A stretch of 63,890 nucleotides of DNA, filler included, from Octopus bimaculoides (Eukaryota): the NCBI RefSeq assembly GCF_001194135.2. It is 4 parts of 3 records of this genome, joined end to end, with 100 filler letters (N's around TTAATTAATTAA, not from the genome) between each part and the next. Parts side by side here need not be neighbours in the genome. Positions count along the whole stretch, not along the records: positions 1 to 25,574 come from NC_068989.1; positions 25,675 to 47,432 come from NC_068990.1; 2 more parts are not named here. One strand, written 5' to 3'. The position numbers and the translations under genes are program-made. The notes under the pieces were generated by a model, which was not told the origin of the DNA, searched no databases, and saw only the letters and a list, made by a program, of their open reading frames with translations. This document shows positions 22,239 through 34,230 of the stretch, piece by piece (the stretch's first letter is position 1; the number at the start of each line of letters is the position of its first letter).

Positions 22239-22718
22239 AACAATCTTAACTATTGCAACAAGTATGTAATTCGTGGAAGAGCGATTTCAGTTGAATTGTG
22301 TCGTTGAGTGTATGTCTCATAGAAAAGTCAGACTAAACTTAACGACATTTCATAATACACTGTACGGTTAAGAGATAAAAGAAATGCTAATACAACAGTT
22401 TTTGTGTGTGTGCTGAAACAGAATAGATTAGAATGAAAATCGATTTGAATTATTAACTTAACGATCTTACTGTGAAAACACTTTGGGCAGTACACCAATA
22501 TATCACGGCATCCTAGTTTTAAAGATTGGAATTATTGTATATATTATTTCTGTGATAAAGAGTTTAAATGTCGAATATATATATATATTTAGTTTATTTA
22601 TATTTTATGCATACACGAACGCGCACATATATATTCTGTTTTGGAATGTTGTATCTCAAAGCAGACAACTCTATAAACAATAGCGTATAGATATTAAGTT
22701 ATGACGTCAACTATATAC

Positions 22719-22751
<33 letters not shown>

Positions 22752-22770
22752 TGTATGTATGTATGTATGA

Positions 22771-22812
<42 letters not shown>

Positions 22813-22831
22813 ACATGCATTTGTCTGTCTG

Positions 22832-22889
<58 letters not shown>

Positions 22890-22970
22890 GGTATGTATGT
22901 GCAGCCATCATATTTCATTCCATAACTGCCATCTCTGAAGAGTGCAAGGTTACATAATCGGGCTGTTATG

Positions 22971-23020
<50 letters not shown>

Positions 23021-23036
23021 CACACACATACACACC

Positions 23037-23224
23037 CGAGGCGGGTGCTGAAAAAAGTCCCTGGTATCATGAAAGGCCTGGTTGGAGGCTCAACCTTCTG
23101 AATTCTTTTACAGGGCTTAGAAAACCTGAAGTGTGAATCTGAGAGGGGAATATGTTGAATAAGATCATAATTAACTGATCCTCCTGTATTTTCTTTTACC
23201 CAGTGCCAGAAAATTTTCAGTACG
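23037..23224 (+). mobile_element. Mariner-derived MITE
   Basis: cgaggcgggtgctgaaaaaagtccctgg ... ccagaaaattttcag..cgta TIRs. Internal gtgaatctgagaggggaatatgttgaataa = VNLRGEYVE*. Homologous to 6605-6783. Confidence 0.8.
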
Positions 23225-23329
23225 TATATATACATGTATATATATACGTGTGTGTATGTATGTGTATATGTGTGTGAGTGCGTGTGTATGTATGTGTGTA
23301 TTTATGTATGCATGGGCTTATATGCGTAT

Positions 23330-23540
23330 CTTTGTGTTTGTCCCGTTCCATCATCGCTAGGCAACTGGCGTTGGGTTGTTAACGTCTCTGTAACTTAGTA
23401 GCTCGGCAAAAGAGACTGATAGAATAAGTAACCACGCTTAAAAAGAAATAACTGGGTTCTGTTCGCTCGACTAAGCCCTTCAAGGCAGTGCTCTAGTATG
23501 GCAGCACACCAATAACTGAAACAAGTAAAAGGCAAAAGGA
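23330..23540 (+). mobile_element. 3' half of a diverged SINE family A copy
   Basis: tttgtgtttgtccc...ggcaaaagagactgatagaataagta...aactgaaacaagtaaaagg. Confidence 0.75.
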
Positions 23541-24435
23541 TATACCACTGTTACCTTTGAGAAAGACATGAATGCCCACCTTGGTGATTTCCTATTACTC
23601 TTTCAAATTACACGGCTTTGTGCATCACTACAAAGAAATTGATATTTCCTGAATTAGAGGAGTGTAGAGGCTTGACTTGTCAGTTCCGTGTACCGGTTGA
23701 CACCAATTTACTCATGCTTCAGATGCTAACGACCTCGGTGGGTGACATAAATGCCCTAAATTTCGTTATCATTCTCTCTCACCTCACCATTAATATATGA
23801 TATGAAGTACGGGCATTCTGTAAAGAAAAAAAGAAACCGATATAAGCACGCACACACACACACGAGTATGTACTCTTCCGACAGTCAACACTAAACTTAT
23901 ATACATGCGTAGAGAAGTATGAATATATTTATATAACTTCCAGAACTGATTATTATGAAAATTTGATTAGAATTTTTTTCAATTTTTCTTTTCATTTTAT
24001 TCAATAGGAAGAAGTCTTAAATGATCGAAAGCAACACATATCTTCTTTCGGTTTTCCTTCAATAATGTTCTCCAAACATTTTCTCCTTTTCTTTATTTTT
24101 TTCAATCATAAAAGGAAATGCGGCAGAGCTGAGATATAGTTCCAGTGATTCGAATCCGCAAACTGGTTTCGATTTTTGCAATGGGGCTTTCAATAAAAGA
24201 TGCTCGTCATACAATCTCCTACCTGTCTAATTATTATTCATAGACGACGTTGTAAATGTAAGCGGCAGTAAAATATAATCAATAAAAAATAACGAAAGAG
24301 ATAAAGAAAGCGATGAAAAATAAGAAAAGGACACGAATAACAATGATATATGTATATATACATAGACTTGATTGGTAAGTGACTTTGTCAGTGATCGTGT
24401 GTTGAAAACTGAGGCTATTAAACCGTAGAAGAATA

Positions 24436-24656
24436 CAGTAATCTCTTGCCATATCGCGGTTCACCTACTGCGGTTTATTAAAGCTTACGTCGATTCCTTC
24501 GTGGTGTTGTTTTGCATCTATGATAAAATAAATATATAGAAATTATAAAAATACTAAAAAAGAATATACAGTACAGTACTGTTTCTACTTCGCGGACTTT
24601 CATCTACCGCGGAGAGTTTTTGGAACGTAACACCCGCAATAGTCGAAGGATTAGTG
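24436..24656. mobile_element. Tigger/pogo-type MITE with TA TSD
   Basis: TIRs cagtaatctcttgccatatcgcgg / cccgcaatagtcgaaggattagtg, flanked by TA on both sides. Confidence 0.8.
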
Positions 24657-24714
24657 TAATTTTTTAACCGTTCCATATTAGACTGTTGGAAAAGAAAAAT
24701 TCCTAACATCGAGC

Positions 24715-25227
24715 TACAAGTAACCTTAGATGCCAAGAACCCTCCTAAGTATCCTAGCTGTCCCCAATAACATTGTTTTCTGGAGCTGTACTAAAGTGGG
24801 TTTTATGCCTATTTCCTCTATCCACCTATTCAAATCTTTAGTTCCTAATACACCTATAGCTACTGGGATACATTTTCCCCGCACTTTCCATAGTCTCTGT
24901 AATTCAATGGCTAGGTCTTGGTACTTTGCTATTTTTTCTATACCCCTCATACTGATTTTTTCATCATTTGGGACGGTAAGTCAATTATCTGGTACGTTCT
25001 ATTCTCTTTATTTACTACTACTAAATCGGGCCTTCTATCTTCTATTACTCAGTCAGTCTGAATGTTAAAGTCCCACAACATCTCATATTTCTTACTTTCT
25101 AGTACTTTACTAGGTTCATGTTCATACCATTTATCAGTATGGTCAAATCCTAGCTTTCTACATAACTTCCAGTGGAGTACTCTCCCTAGATTGTCATGTC
25201 TTTTTTATTCTTTCTGTGCCATCATGC
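24715..25227 (-). pseudogene. R4/Dong-like non-LTR retrotransposon REL-endonuclease C-terminal fragment
   Basis: ORF 24950-24726: KIAKYQDLAIELQRLWK...PVAIGVLGT...LQKTMLLGTARILRRVLGI*, homologous to the C-terminus of the 49-53 kb element. Confidence 0.85.
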
Positions 25228-25249
25228 TACATTATTATTATTATTATTA

Positions 25250-25574
25250 TTGTTCAGTAGTTTTATTTTTATAACGTGCTTTCACTTCACTACCGAGCGC
25301 AGCTCTGTGCGCCTTGGGTATGTGCTGTGGTTTGCTGTGATGCTTTTATGTTTACTGTATTGAAAGTGTTTTGCGTAGAATGTGTGCAGTACCCAGTAGT
25401 GCAATTTTCTGTATGTTACATATATTTGTAAGTCCTGGTATTTTTGTTATGTATTTGTCTGAGTATTTTTTAATTATACCTAAGGCACCTACTATGATAG
25501 GAATTGTTTCTGTTTTTAGACTCCACATTCGAGTTATCTCTATTTCCAGGTCTTTGTATTTTGAAAGTTTTTCC
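25250..25574 (-). mobile_element. 3' end of a second R4/Dong-like subfamily with (AAT)n tail
   Basis: Minus strand encodes ...IIVGALGII...KIALLGTAHILRKTLSIQ*, then a 3' UTR ending in the (AAT)n at 25228-25250. Confidence 0.8.
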
Positions 25575-26750
25575 NNNNNNNNNNNNNNNNNNNNNNNNNN
25601 NNNNNNNNNNNNNNNNNNTTAATTAATTAANNNNNNNNNNNNNNNNNNNNNNNNNNNNNNNNNNNNNNNNNNNNTATATATATATATATATATATGCGTG
25701 CGAGTGTGTGTGTGTGCGTGTGCAACAGTTCAAATACTTAGACTCATATCTTGGGAGGCAAGGCGGATTTTAATGCAAAGAAAGTTACTGCCAAGGGCTG
25801 CAATAAATAAGCAAGGCAAAATGTATATGTTTAACATGGAGAAAAAAACTGAACCTGAAAATGTTTCAGGGTATGTATAGAAAGAAGTTGTGCTTTACAA
25901 TTCAAAGACTTGAAAGCTATATAAAAAAAAAAGATCAACCATTCTAACCTAGTGACAAGAAATTTAAACATCAGCTGGTGACAGAGCGTATATAACAAAC
26001 AAAAAGCTATGACAAGGTCCCCCGACGGCTGTCGGACACGATTCGGCAGAGATCACGCTTTGTTGGGCATTACCACAGAATTGGGGATTTACCGGTTTCT
26101 AAGCTTTTATTGGTCACCATTAAGAAGTAGGCGGCGAGGACGACCCATAGATGATACTGTTATAAACGCTTATTCTGAAATCAATATCTTGACGGGGGAC
26201 TAGGAAGGTTGGATGCAGAGAGTGAAAGGCGTTATAATACCGTCTCTACATGACTGAAGATTATGATGAAGATCACGACGACCACGAGGAGGAGGAGGAG
26301 GAGGAGGCAAAGTACGATGATGATATATACATATTTTCATCATTACCTCCATTTATGCTCACCTGGATTCCACTTATAGCCACTCTTTACTCTGCGGTCT
26401 TAGACATCGGTAATGATTTCGAAGTGTAAGTTCAAATCGTTTGATCGCTACAAAGTGTTGTCTATAAAGAGAATTTCTGGATCTCAGCTGCTGACTCTAT
26501 ATATCTGCTTAAATATCTAAATATACATATACTGCATGTATAAGCGTCTGTACAGATTCCATATAAAAATTCAGATACAGCACATCTGTAGTAGACGACA
26601 CTTCCCGAATAGGACTGAATCCGAAATCACGTATTTGCAAATACACTTTCGAAGAAGCGATTAATTTCTGCGCCTGTATACATGCGTGATATGTGTATAC
26701 ATACATACATACATACATACATACGTACGTACATACATATGTATACGCGT

Positions 26751-26794
<44 letters not shown>

Positions 26795-26936
26795 ACTTCA
26801 TTTCGCGCTTTCAAATAGGTACAGCAACAGAGAAACGTAAAGAAAATTATGATCCGTCCCAATTTGAACGTGGACAAACCACAGTAGTTCATTTAAGATA
26901 CCTTCCTTAGTTTTTATTAAATTCATTACGTAAATA

Positions 26937-27292
26937 ATGTTAAATCTCTGAACGAGGTATAAACAGTAACTGCACGACAACGTGAAGTACATTTGCCACT
27001 TAAATGCGGCTAAACCCTAAGGGTGAATGTTACTGTTGCTTTTAGCCCCAGGAGAACATCTGCTCCATCTGGCTATTGACACACATCTGTGCCCTGTCGG
27101 TATTTGAAAATTGAAGTCAACCTTCTCATCACATAATATCAAGATGGGAAGGATGAATTCCCTTTCCAAATACCGACAGGGCACAGATGTGTGTCAATAG
27201 CCAGCTGGAGGAGATGTTCTCCTGGGGCTAAAAGCAACAGTAACATTCACCCTTATGGTTTAGCCTCATTTAGGTGGCAAATATACTTCACG
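26937..27292. mobile_element. Foldback/hairpin element with 12-bp TSD
   Basis: Inverted arms 26981-27107 / 27171-27292 (6 mismatches in ~126 bp), further pairing to a 12-nt loop, TSD attacgtaaata at 26925-26936 and 27293-27304. Second copy at 53760-54114. Confidence 0.85.
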
Positions 27293-27639
27293 ATTACGTA
27301 AATACTTTTATTGAAATGGATCTCAATTGCCTGATTGTATCTGCCTGTTAAGACATTTTTCGGCATTGAAAGCCTGGACTACCCGAGCCAATAAGCTAGA
27401 TAAGCATACAGTGAGCAGGATTAAAAGAAAGATTAGAATCGCATTTTTTTTTGTTTTCTCAGAGGAACGGCCGTTATCAAAATAGAATGTTAGAGGATGA
27501 TCTATGATATTCCCTGTGAAAAAATGGTCCATGACTATTTCTTCATCACAAACAGCCTACAATGATAAATCATGCCGTTTAACCTGCATGCTTCCACCTT
27601 TTGTTTATATTCTCCGTCTGAAACCTGTTCGTGTAAGTT

Positions 27640-27645
27640 TCTATT

Positions 27646-27677
<32 letters not shown>

Positions 27678-27695
27678 TCCTTCTCTTTCTCTATT

Positions 27696-27790
<95 letters not shown>
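27640..27790. repeat. (TTTC)n, (CT)n, (TA)n compound microsatellite
   Basis: Visible tandem runs. Confidence 0.95.
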
Positions 27791-27793
<3 letters not shown>

Positions 27794-27797
27794 TATA

Positions 27798-28830
27798 TGG
27801 GTAAAAATAATGATCCTTTGAATTTTGGCATTTGGAATGTGCGTACACTTCTTGATAATTTCAACAAGAAGCCAGAAAGGAGTACTGCACTTATTGAATG
27901 TGAGCTTAAGAAATATTCCCTTGTTATAGTTGTGCTCTCTGAAACTCATCTCTCTGGTGAGGGTCAAGTAAATGAACCTACTTATGGATATATTGTCTTT
28001 TGGAGAGGCCTACCTAATGGTCAGCGTAGGGAATCTGGTGTTGGGTTTGCTCTCAAAAATACATTAGTATCTTCCATTGCAGAGCTTCCAAGTGGTATAT
28101 CTGAACGGACCATGTCATGCCGTATTAAACTGACAAAAGGTAGGTTTCTTACCGTTGTCCATATTTATGCACCAACAACATCCCATTCTGATGATACTAT
28201 AGGACTATTTTATGATGATCTAGCACAAATATTGAGGAAAGTACCAATTTCTGACAAGCTGGTCATATTCGGAGATTTCAATGCAAGAGAATATACTGAG
28301 AATAATCTGGTTGTCACCAACACTCTTTCAGGAGAAAAATAAATATAAAACCACCTGGATGCACCCAAGATCTTAGCACTGGAATCTCATAGATTATATT
28401 CTGATCAGAAAACGTGATATGAAAGACGTTTTTAGCGTTCAGGCCATTAGAGGAACAGAGAGGTGAACTAACCATCGTCTAGTGCGTGGAAAAATAGATT
28501 TTTTTGTTAATACCTAAAAATCGACAGTCTGGTTCTACGGTACCCAAAAAGTTAAATGCTGCAAATTTTAAATTATCAAGCAACTTGCAAAGCTTCCAAG
28601 ATGCTAAAGAAAGTATCAATCTTGACCCAAACAATCTATGGGAAGATTTCAAAACAAAAGTATTTCCAACTGCAAGTTCGTCAGTGGGATTTAAATCATG
28701 TACGGTCAGTGACCGGTACTCAGATAGATCAGCAGAAATTCATGATCAACATCTAGAAAAACAAAACTAAGGCAAATACTTCTTTCTCAGACCTTGAACC
28801 CCAACTCAAACGAAGCATACAGAAAGCTGA
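27798..28830 (+). pseudogene. RTE-clade LINE 5' portion (APE endonuclease and linker), internally deleted
   Basis: LNFGIWNVRTLLD...VVLSETHL...GVGFAL...HIYAPT...FYDDL...VIFGDFNAR, then KYKTTWMHPRS...LIDYILIRKRD. Confidence 0.9.
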
Positions 28831-31351
28831 AAAGGAAAGTGCAAAAGCTTTCTCTCTCTCTGTCTCCCCTTCTCTCTCTCTCTCTGGCTGTATAATACCG
28901 CCTTACAATCTCTCCTATTTTCTTGCTGTTTCTTAAGTCATTCTTCTCAACATCTCTTAAGATAATTTTAGGAGTGTTCTTTCTTTGGATTGTGTACAAG
29001 AAGAGAGTACAGTAAAATAGTATTCCAGAGTTTGTTCAGCTTTGTTCTTATATTCTCTCTTGGTGTGCGCGTGTGTATGTACGTGTGTTATTCGAATGTA
29101 AGAATAAATTAGGTACACGAGTGCGTCTATATCTGTGTTTGTATGTATTCTTATAAGTATTAAATATGTTTGATATGTTAAAATGTCTTCATGCTTACGT
29201 GTCATCTCTACACTTATAATTACGCATATATCTATTTCTGTTTACGATTGTTACTTTATCTGTGTTTACGCGCACGCACGCGTGTTTGTATGTTTGTGTG
29301 ATGTGTGTGTCTGCGACTCTGCTTCTCTCAGTCAATGTGTAAATATACCTATCCGTTTTACATATATCTCCTAACATTAATTTATTTCATATCATAATAT
29401 ATCTATTGTATAAGTATATATAAGTATGGAGGATTGAAATAAAAGTTTCAGAAATTATTGCATTTCTTGCTCTTTCTTTTACTTTTTTTTATGCAATTTA
29501 ATTCCAACGCAATATTTCATATTTTCTTGGTTCTTCGATCGTTTTAATGACCTAACATTGGTGAACATAACTCATTGAAACACTGCAGTTTTCGAGTTTA
29601 CACAGCTGTAATAGTGTGATCTATTGCGCCTCTTCTATCTCATAACACATTTACTCGAGAATTCTATCTCGCGTTCGGTACTTCATAATGTCTCTTGAAC
29701 AAAAATAAGTTTCTTTAACATGGTTACGAGATTTCTGCTGTGTTTCCAGCCATGTCGTCCAGATAGTAAATTTAGAGATGCGGGCCAGTTATATTGCACC
29801 CCACCAAGAAAAAAGGCATTAACACCTACCTGGACATAACATGAACATTCAGACTGGCCCGTGTGTAACTAAATAAGTGGTAGACTTGAAAGTAAGTTTT
29901 GTGGAGGTTTTCACCATATATTTCTGCGTGAAGTTTCTAGAGGGTTCACTGAATGCTATAAAAACCTGAAAAATGGAACTCCCAAGCAGAAGAACCTCAG
30001 GTGGTACACAGAACTTTGTAGGTAAGTTTTGTGATAAGGTGTTTTCGCTTTTCTACTTATTCTGAATTTGATGGCCACCGATAATTTTCATATAGATATA
30101 ACTAAAATATTTTAAGAAATGAAGCCTTTCATCTGTCACATTTCTTATTTCACGAATCTTGATTTATTCAAATAACTGATTGCAATAAGGGGAGGCAATT
30201 GTATTAACAGTAAGGCAAGTAGACAAGAAATCTAAGTAGAATTAAGCATCAAAAATTTATAATACACGATTTGGAAATGTGAACGATATTGATAATGAGA
30301 AGTGGAAGAAATTGGTAGAACTGTGGGAAATGACTGATAAACTCCAAAGACGAGTGGAAAGTGGTGATGTACAAAATTTGTAAAGTAGATTAATTCCATG
30401 CGCCATTTTTTTTGTCGGGTAGAAATATGGAAGTATATGAAGCAGTTACAAATTATGGCAAAACTTCCTCAAAAACAGGTGGATTAAGTTTAACCTTCTC
30501 AAGTTTATCTTTAAGTCAAGCCTGAATGAACAAACATATGAATCGAAACATTCCTGCTGGGATTATCCACTGTGTTTATGTGGCAGATCGCGTTATTTAA
30601 TTTGTTCCCTTTTCACTATAAGACGATACATTGAAAGCTGAGGGTGATTAGCTTCCATCTATAAGGGTTGAGTAACCACGTAAAATGATCCCCGTTGGTT
30701 AGTAAATGTCCATCCTGAGCTGGTGATTGAATTTCTGTAAATATCACGAAGAAGACGAATCTGATGTTTCATAGTTTCGCTGTATAACTTTTTGCCAACG
30801 ATAGCCACCTGCTTATTTTGTATATGTTGAATTATGGCCGTAAACAGTAGGTCTCTTAGATGTGATCTTTTTCGTTAATGAAAAAAAACAAACCATTCCC
30901 ACATCTGCGCAAGACGAAGGGATCGCTTAGCATCGAATCGTAGGTTGAATTCATTTCAGTTGCTGCTGATTGGAACAAAGTCCAGGCTTTGACATGACGT
31001 TATGTGTTTGGCTAACAAAAGAGAGATAAATCTTTTGGAATTCGTGATCAAACAGGATTTTCTTAGGTTGTAACTTAAGTACATTGGTGTAAGAAAACAC
31101 ATGAATCGCTGAGGTCATTCACATATCTGTTCTGCAAGAATTTCTCTGCCTTTGAAAGCAAATTCGAATAAGAATTATAACATGCAAATTAGGTAACCAA
31201 TCAATACAGGTCCTAATTAATATATTTTAACTTATTGGGACTTACACACACAAACACAGTCAAAACATAAACACTCGAATTTGGAGCATATGTTTGTGCC
31301 CATGATGTGTATCTATGTATCTATCTCATTCTCTCTCTCTCCCTCTCTCTG

Positions 31352-31399
<48 letters not shown>

Positions 31400-31638
31400 N
31401 NNNNNNNNNNNNNNNNNNNNNNNNNNNNNNNNNNNNNNNNNNNNNNNNNNNNNNNNNNNNNNNNNNNNNNNNNNNNNNNNNNNNNNNNNNNNNNNNNNNN
31501 NNNNNNNNNNNNNNNNNNNNNNNNNNNNNNNNNNNNNNNNNNNNNNNNNNNNNNNNNNNNNNNNNNNNNNNNNNNNNNNNNNNNNNNNNNNNNNNNNNNN
31601 NNNNNNNNNNNNNNNNNNNNNNNNNNNNNNNNNNNNNN

Positions 31639-32703
31639 CAGGGGTTGGACAAAATAATGCAAACACCTTACAGTCACAAACAAATTTATTTTAATATGGG
31701 GTAAGACCGCCTTTGGCAGTGCCGTTTGAATTCTATCCAAAGGAAATTTTGTCCATTCTTCAGCTAAAACAGTCTACATTTCTTGTAGTGATGACGGTGG
31801 AGGATATCGGCTCCTTACTTGTTTTTCTAAAATGCTCAATAAATGCTCAATAATATTGTGATCTGGAGATTGTGGTGGCCAGATAAGATGTTCAACTTCA
31901 CTAGAATGTTCCTCGTGCCATTCAGTTACAAATTTAGCGGTGTAAATTGGTGCATTATCATCCTTAAAGATTGTGTTTCCCTCCGGAAACAGTTCCGCAA
32001 CCATAGGAGGAATTTGATCAGATAGTCCTGACTATTAATTCTGCCATTCAGATTATCACAGATCCTCCTCCATGTTTAACGGCCGGTGGTCGGAAATAAG
32101 GTAAATGATGACTCGTCCGAGAAAATAACATTCAAACTCCACTCAAAACGCTTTGTGACGTTTGTTTTTGAAAGTAGTGCTTTTCTCATTGCAGCCCTCC
32201 CGTGAAATACGGCTTTGTGTAGCTCCCGGCGAACAGTTTTTGTGGAAACTGGGTTCTTGGGATGGTCATTAATGTCTGCAGTAATTTTGGGGAGCTGTAG
32301 TTTTGTGATTCTTTCACACAATTCACGTAAGAGACCGACGGTCCCTATCTGAAATTTTTTGTTTTCTTCCGAAGTTTTGTTTCGACGAGGAGGTCTTTCC
32401 TTCTTTTTCAAAGGCTGTCATTTCTTTCGAGACGGTACTTCGTGATACATGAAACATCTCGGCTATTTTCGTTATGCTAGCACTTGCTATACGGGCACGA
32501 ACACTTTGACCTCTGTGAAAGTCCGATAGATCTGTCATTTTAAGGAATTTTAATTACCTTTTTCTGGTGATATCTGAAAAGAAACAGCACTTGTAGCAAA
32601 ACATATTAAGCAACACTAAAAATAAAAAAAATAAAAAATAAAATTAAGCAAGCTCTTGACGGTTTCATAAATATTTCAAAATTATGATGTTTGATGCCAG
32701 GTG
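31639..32703 (-). mobile_element. Tc1-family (DD34E) transposon, internally deleted and frameshifted
   Basis: TIR caggggttggacaaaataatgcaaacacct at 31639; only its inner aggtgt survives at 32698-32703. Transposase pieces MTDLSDFHRGQ..., VIFSDES, IFKDDNAP, WPPQSPDHNIIE. Confidence 0.9.
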
Positions 32704-33657
32704 TATATATATATATATATATATATNNNNNNNNNNNNNNNNNNNNNNNNNNNNNNNNNNNNNNNNNNNNNNNNNNNNNNNNNNNNNNNNNNNNNNNNNN
32801 NNNNNNNNNNNNNNNNNNNNNNNNNNNNNNNNNNNNNNNNNNNNNNNNNNNNNNNNNNNNNNNNNNNNNNNNNNNNNNNNNNNNNNNNNNNNNNNNNNNN
32901 NNNNNNNNNNNNNNNNNNNNNNNNNNNNNNNNNNNNNNNNNNNNNNNNNNNNNNNNNNNNNNNNNNNNNNNNNNNNNNNNNNNNNNNNNNNNNNNNNNNN
33001 NNNNNNNNNNNNNNNNNNNNNNNNNNNNNNNNNNNNNNNNNNNNNNNNNNNNNNNNNNNNNNNNNNNNNNNNNNNNNNNNNNNNNNNNNNNNNNNNNNNN
33101 NNNNNNNNNNNNNNNNNNNNNNNNNNNNNNNNNNNNNNNNNNNNNNNNNNNNNNNNNNNNNNNNNNNNNNNNNNNNNNNNNNNNNNNNNNNNNNNNNNNN
33201 NNNNNNNNNNNNNNNNNNNNNNNNNNNNNNNNNNNNNNNNNNNNNNNNNNNNNNNNNNNNNNNNNNNNNNNNNNNNNNNNNNNNNNNNNNNNNNNNNNNN
33301 NNNNNNNNNNNNNNNNNNNNNNNNNNNNNNNNNNNNNNNNNNNNNNNNNNNNNNNNNNNNNNNNNNNNNNNNNNNNNNNNNNNNNNNNNNNNNNNNNNNN
33401 NNNNNNNNNNNNNNNNNNNNNNNNNNNNNNNNNNNNNNNNNNNNNNNNNNNNNNNNNNNNNNNNNNNNNNNNNNNNNNNNNNNNNNNNNNNNNNNNNNNN
33501 NNNNNNNNNNNNNNNNNNNNNNNNNNNNNNNNNNNNNNNNNNNNNNNNNNNNNNNNNNNNNNNNNNNNNNNNNNNNNNNNNNNNNNNNNNNNNNNNNNNN
33601 NNNNNNNNNNNNNNNNNNNNNNNNNNNNNNNNNNNNNNNNNNNNNNNNNNNNNNNNN

Positions 33658-33690
<33 letters not shown>

Positions 33691-34178
33691 CTGTGTGTAC
33701 ATATGCGTACATACACACGCATACATATATATTTATATACATGCATGCGTGTCTGTCGTTGTGTGTGTGTGTGTGTCTGTGTGTATACCTATGTATATAT
33801 CTGCATACTTCTTTGTATATATGTGTGTATTTGGGTCTGTGTTTGGGTGTCTTTGTGTCTGAGCATATCTATAAACGAGTATGAGTGCTTACATATGTAT
33901 ATACGTATATGTGTAGGTTATCATTTCCTTGGACTGTATGGACGTCTTCAGTTCTTCCCCGTACAACCTCCCTCAGAATTCGTTTGGTTTTTGTTTACAT
34001 AATGCGCCATTCCAGTTGCCTTGCTAAACGATGTTTGTTTGACATTCTACATCTCGTGTGGCAAGAAAATATCGTATAAATATTCACCATACCATCTCAA
34101 ACTCTCACCACATCAATTTTATACTTCCATTTCTTTCTTTCTTTCTGTACTTCGTTTCTTATCTTCTTTATTTAATCT

Positions 34179-34230
<52 letters not shown>

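Noticed and set aside
25619-25630. Palindrome TTAATTAATTAA inside N-runs (also 47477-47488 and 62742-62753)
   Set aside because: Identical 12-mer with stop codons in all six frames, flanked by ~50 Ns each time; this is an artificial scaffolding linker, not biology
26250-26430. Short acidic ORF MTEDYDEDHDDHEEEEEEE... with a GTAAGT donor nearby
   Set aside because: Dominated by GAT/GAG low-complexity repeats typical of this genome; no convincing acceptor or homology
26945-26965. ctctgaacgag/ctctgagcgag in the hairpin-element leader as a hammerhead core
   Set aside because: Has 8 nt where CUGANGA needs 7 in both copies, with no GAAA or stem III downstream
30425-30480. AVTNYGKT matching the [AG]x4GK[ST] P-loop pattern
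   Set aside because: The pattern is short and frequent by chance, lacks the preceding hydrophobic strand, and sits in a frame closed by nearby stops
32606-34002. Very long ORFs of 300-520 aa (also at 9.0-10.0, 17.8-18.9, 21.3-22.0 and 48.1-49.7 kb)
   Set aside because: They run through N gaps and (TA)n/(AAT)n repeats, so they are stop-free only because of Ns and microsatellites
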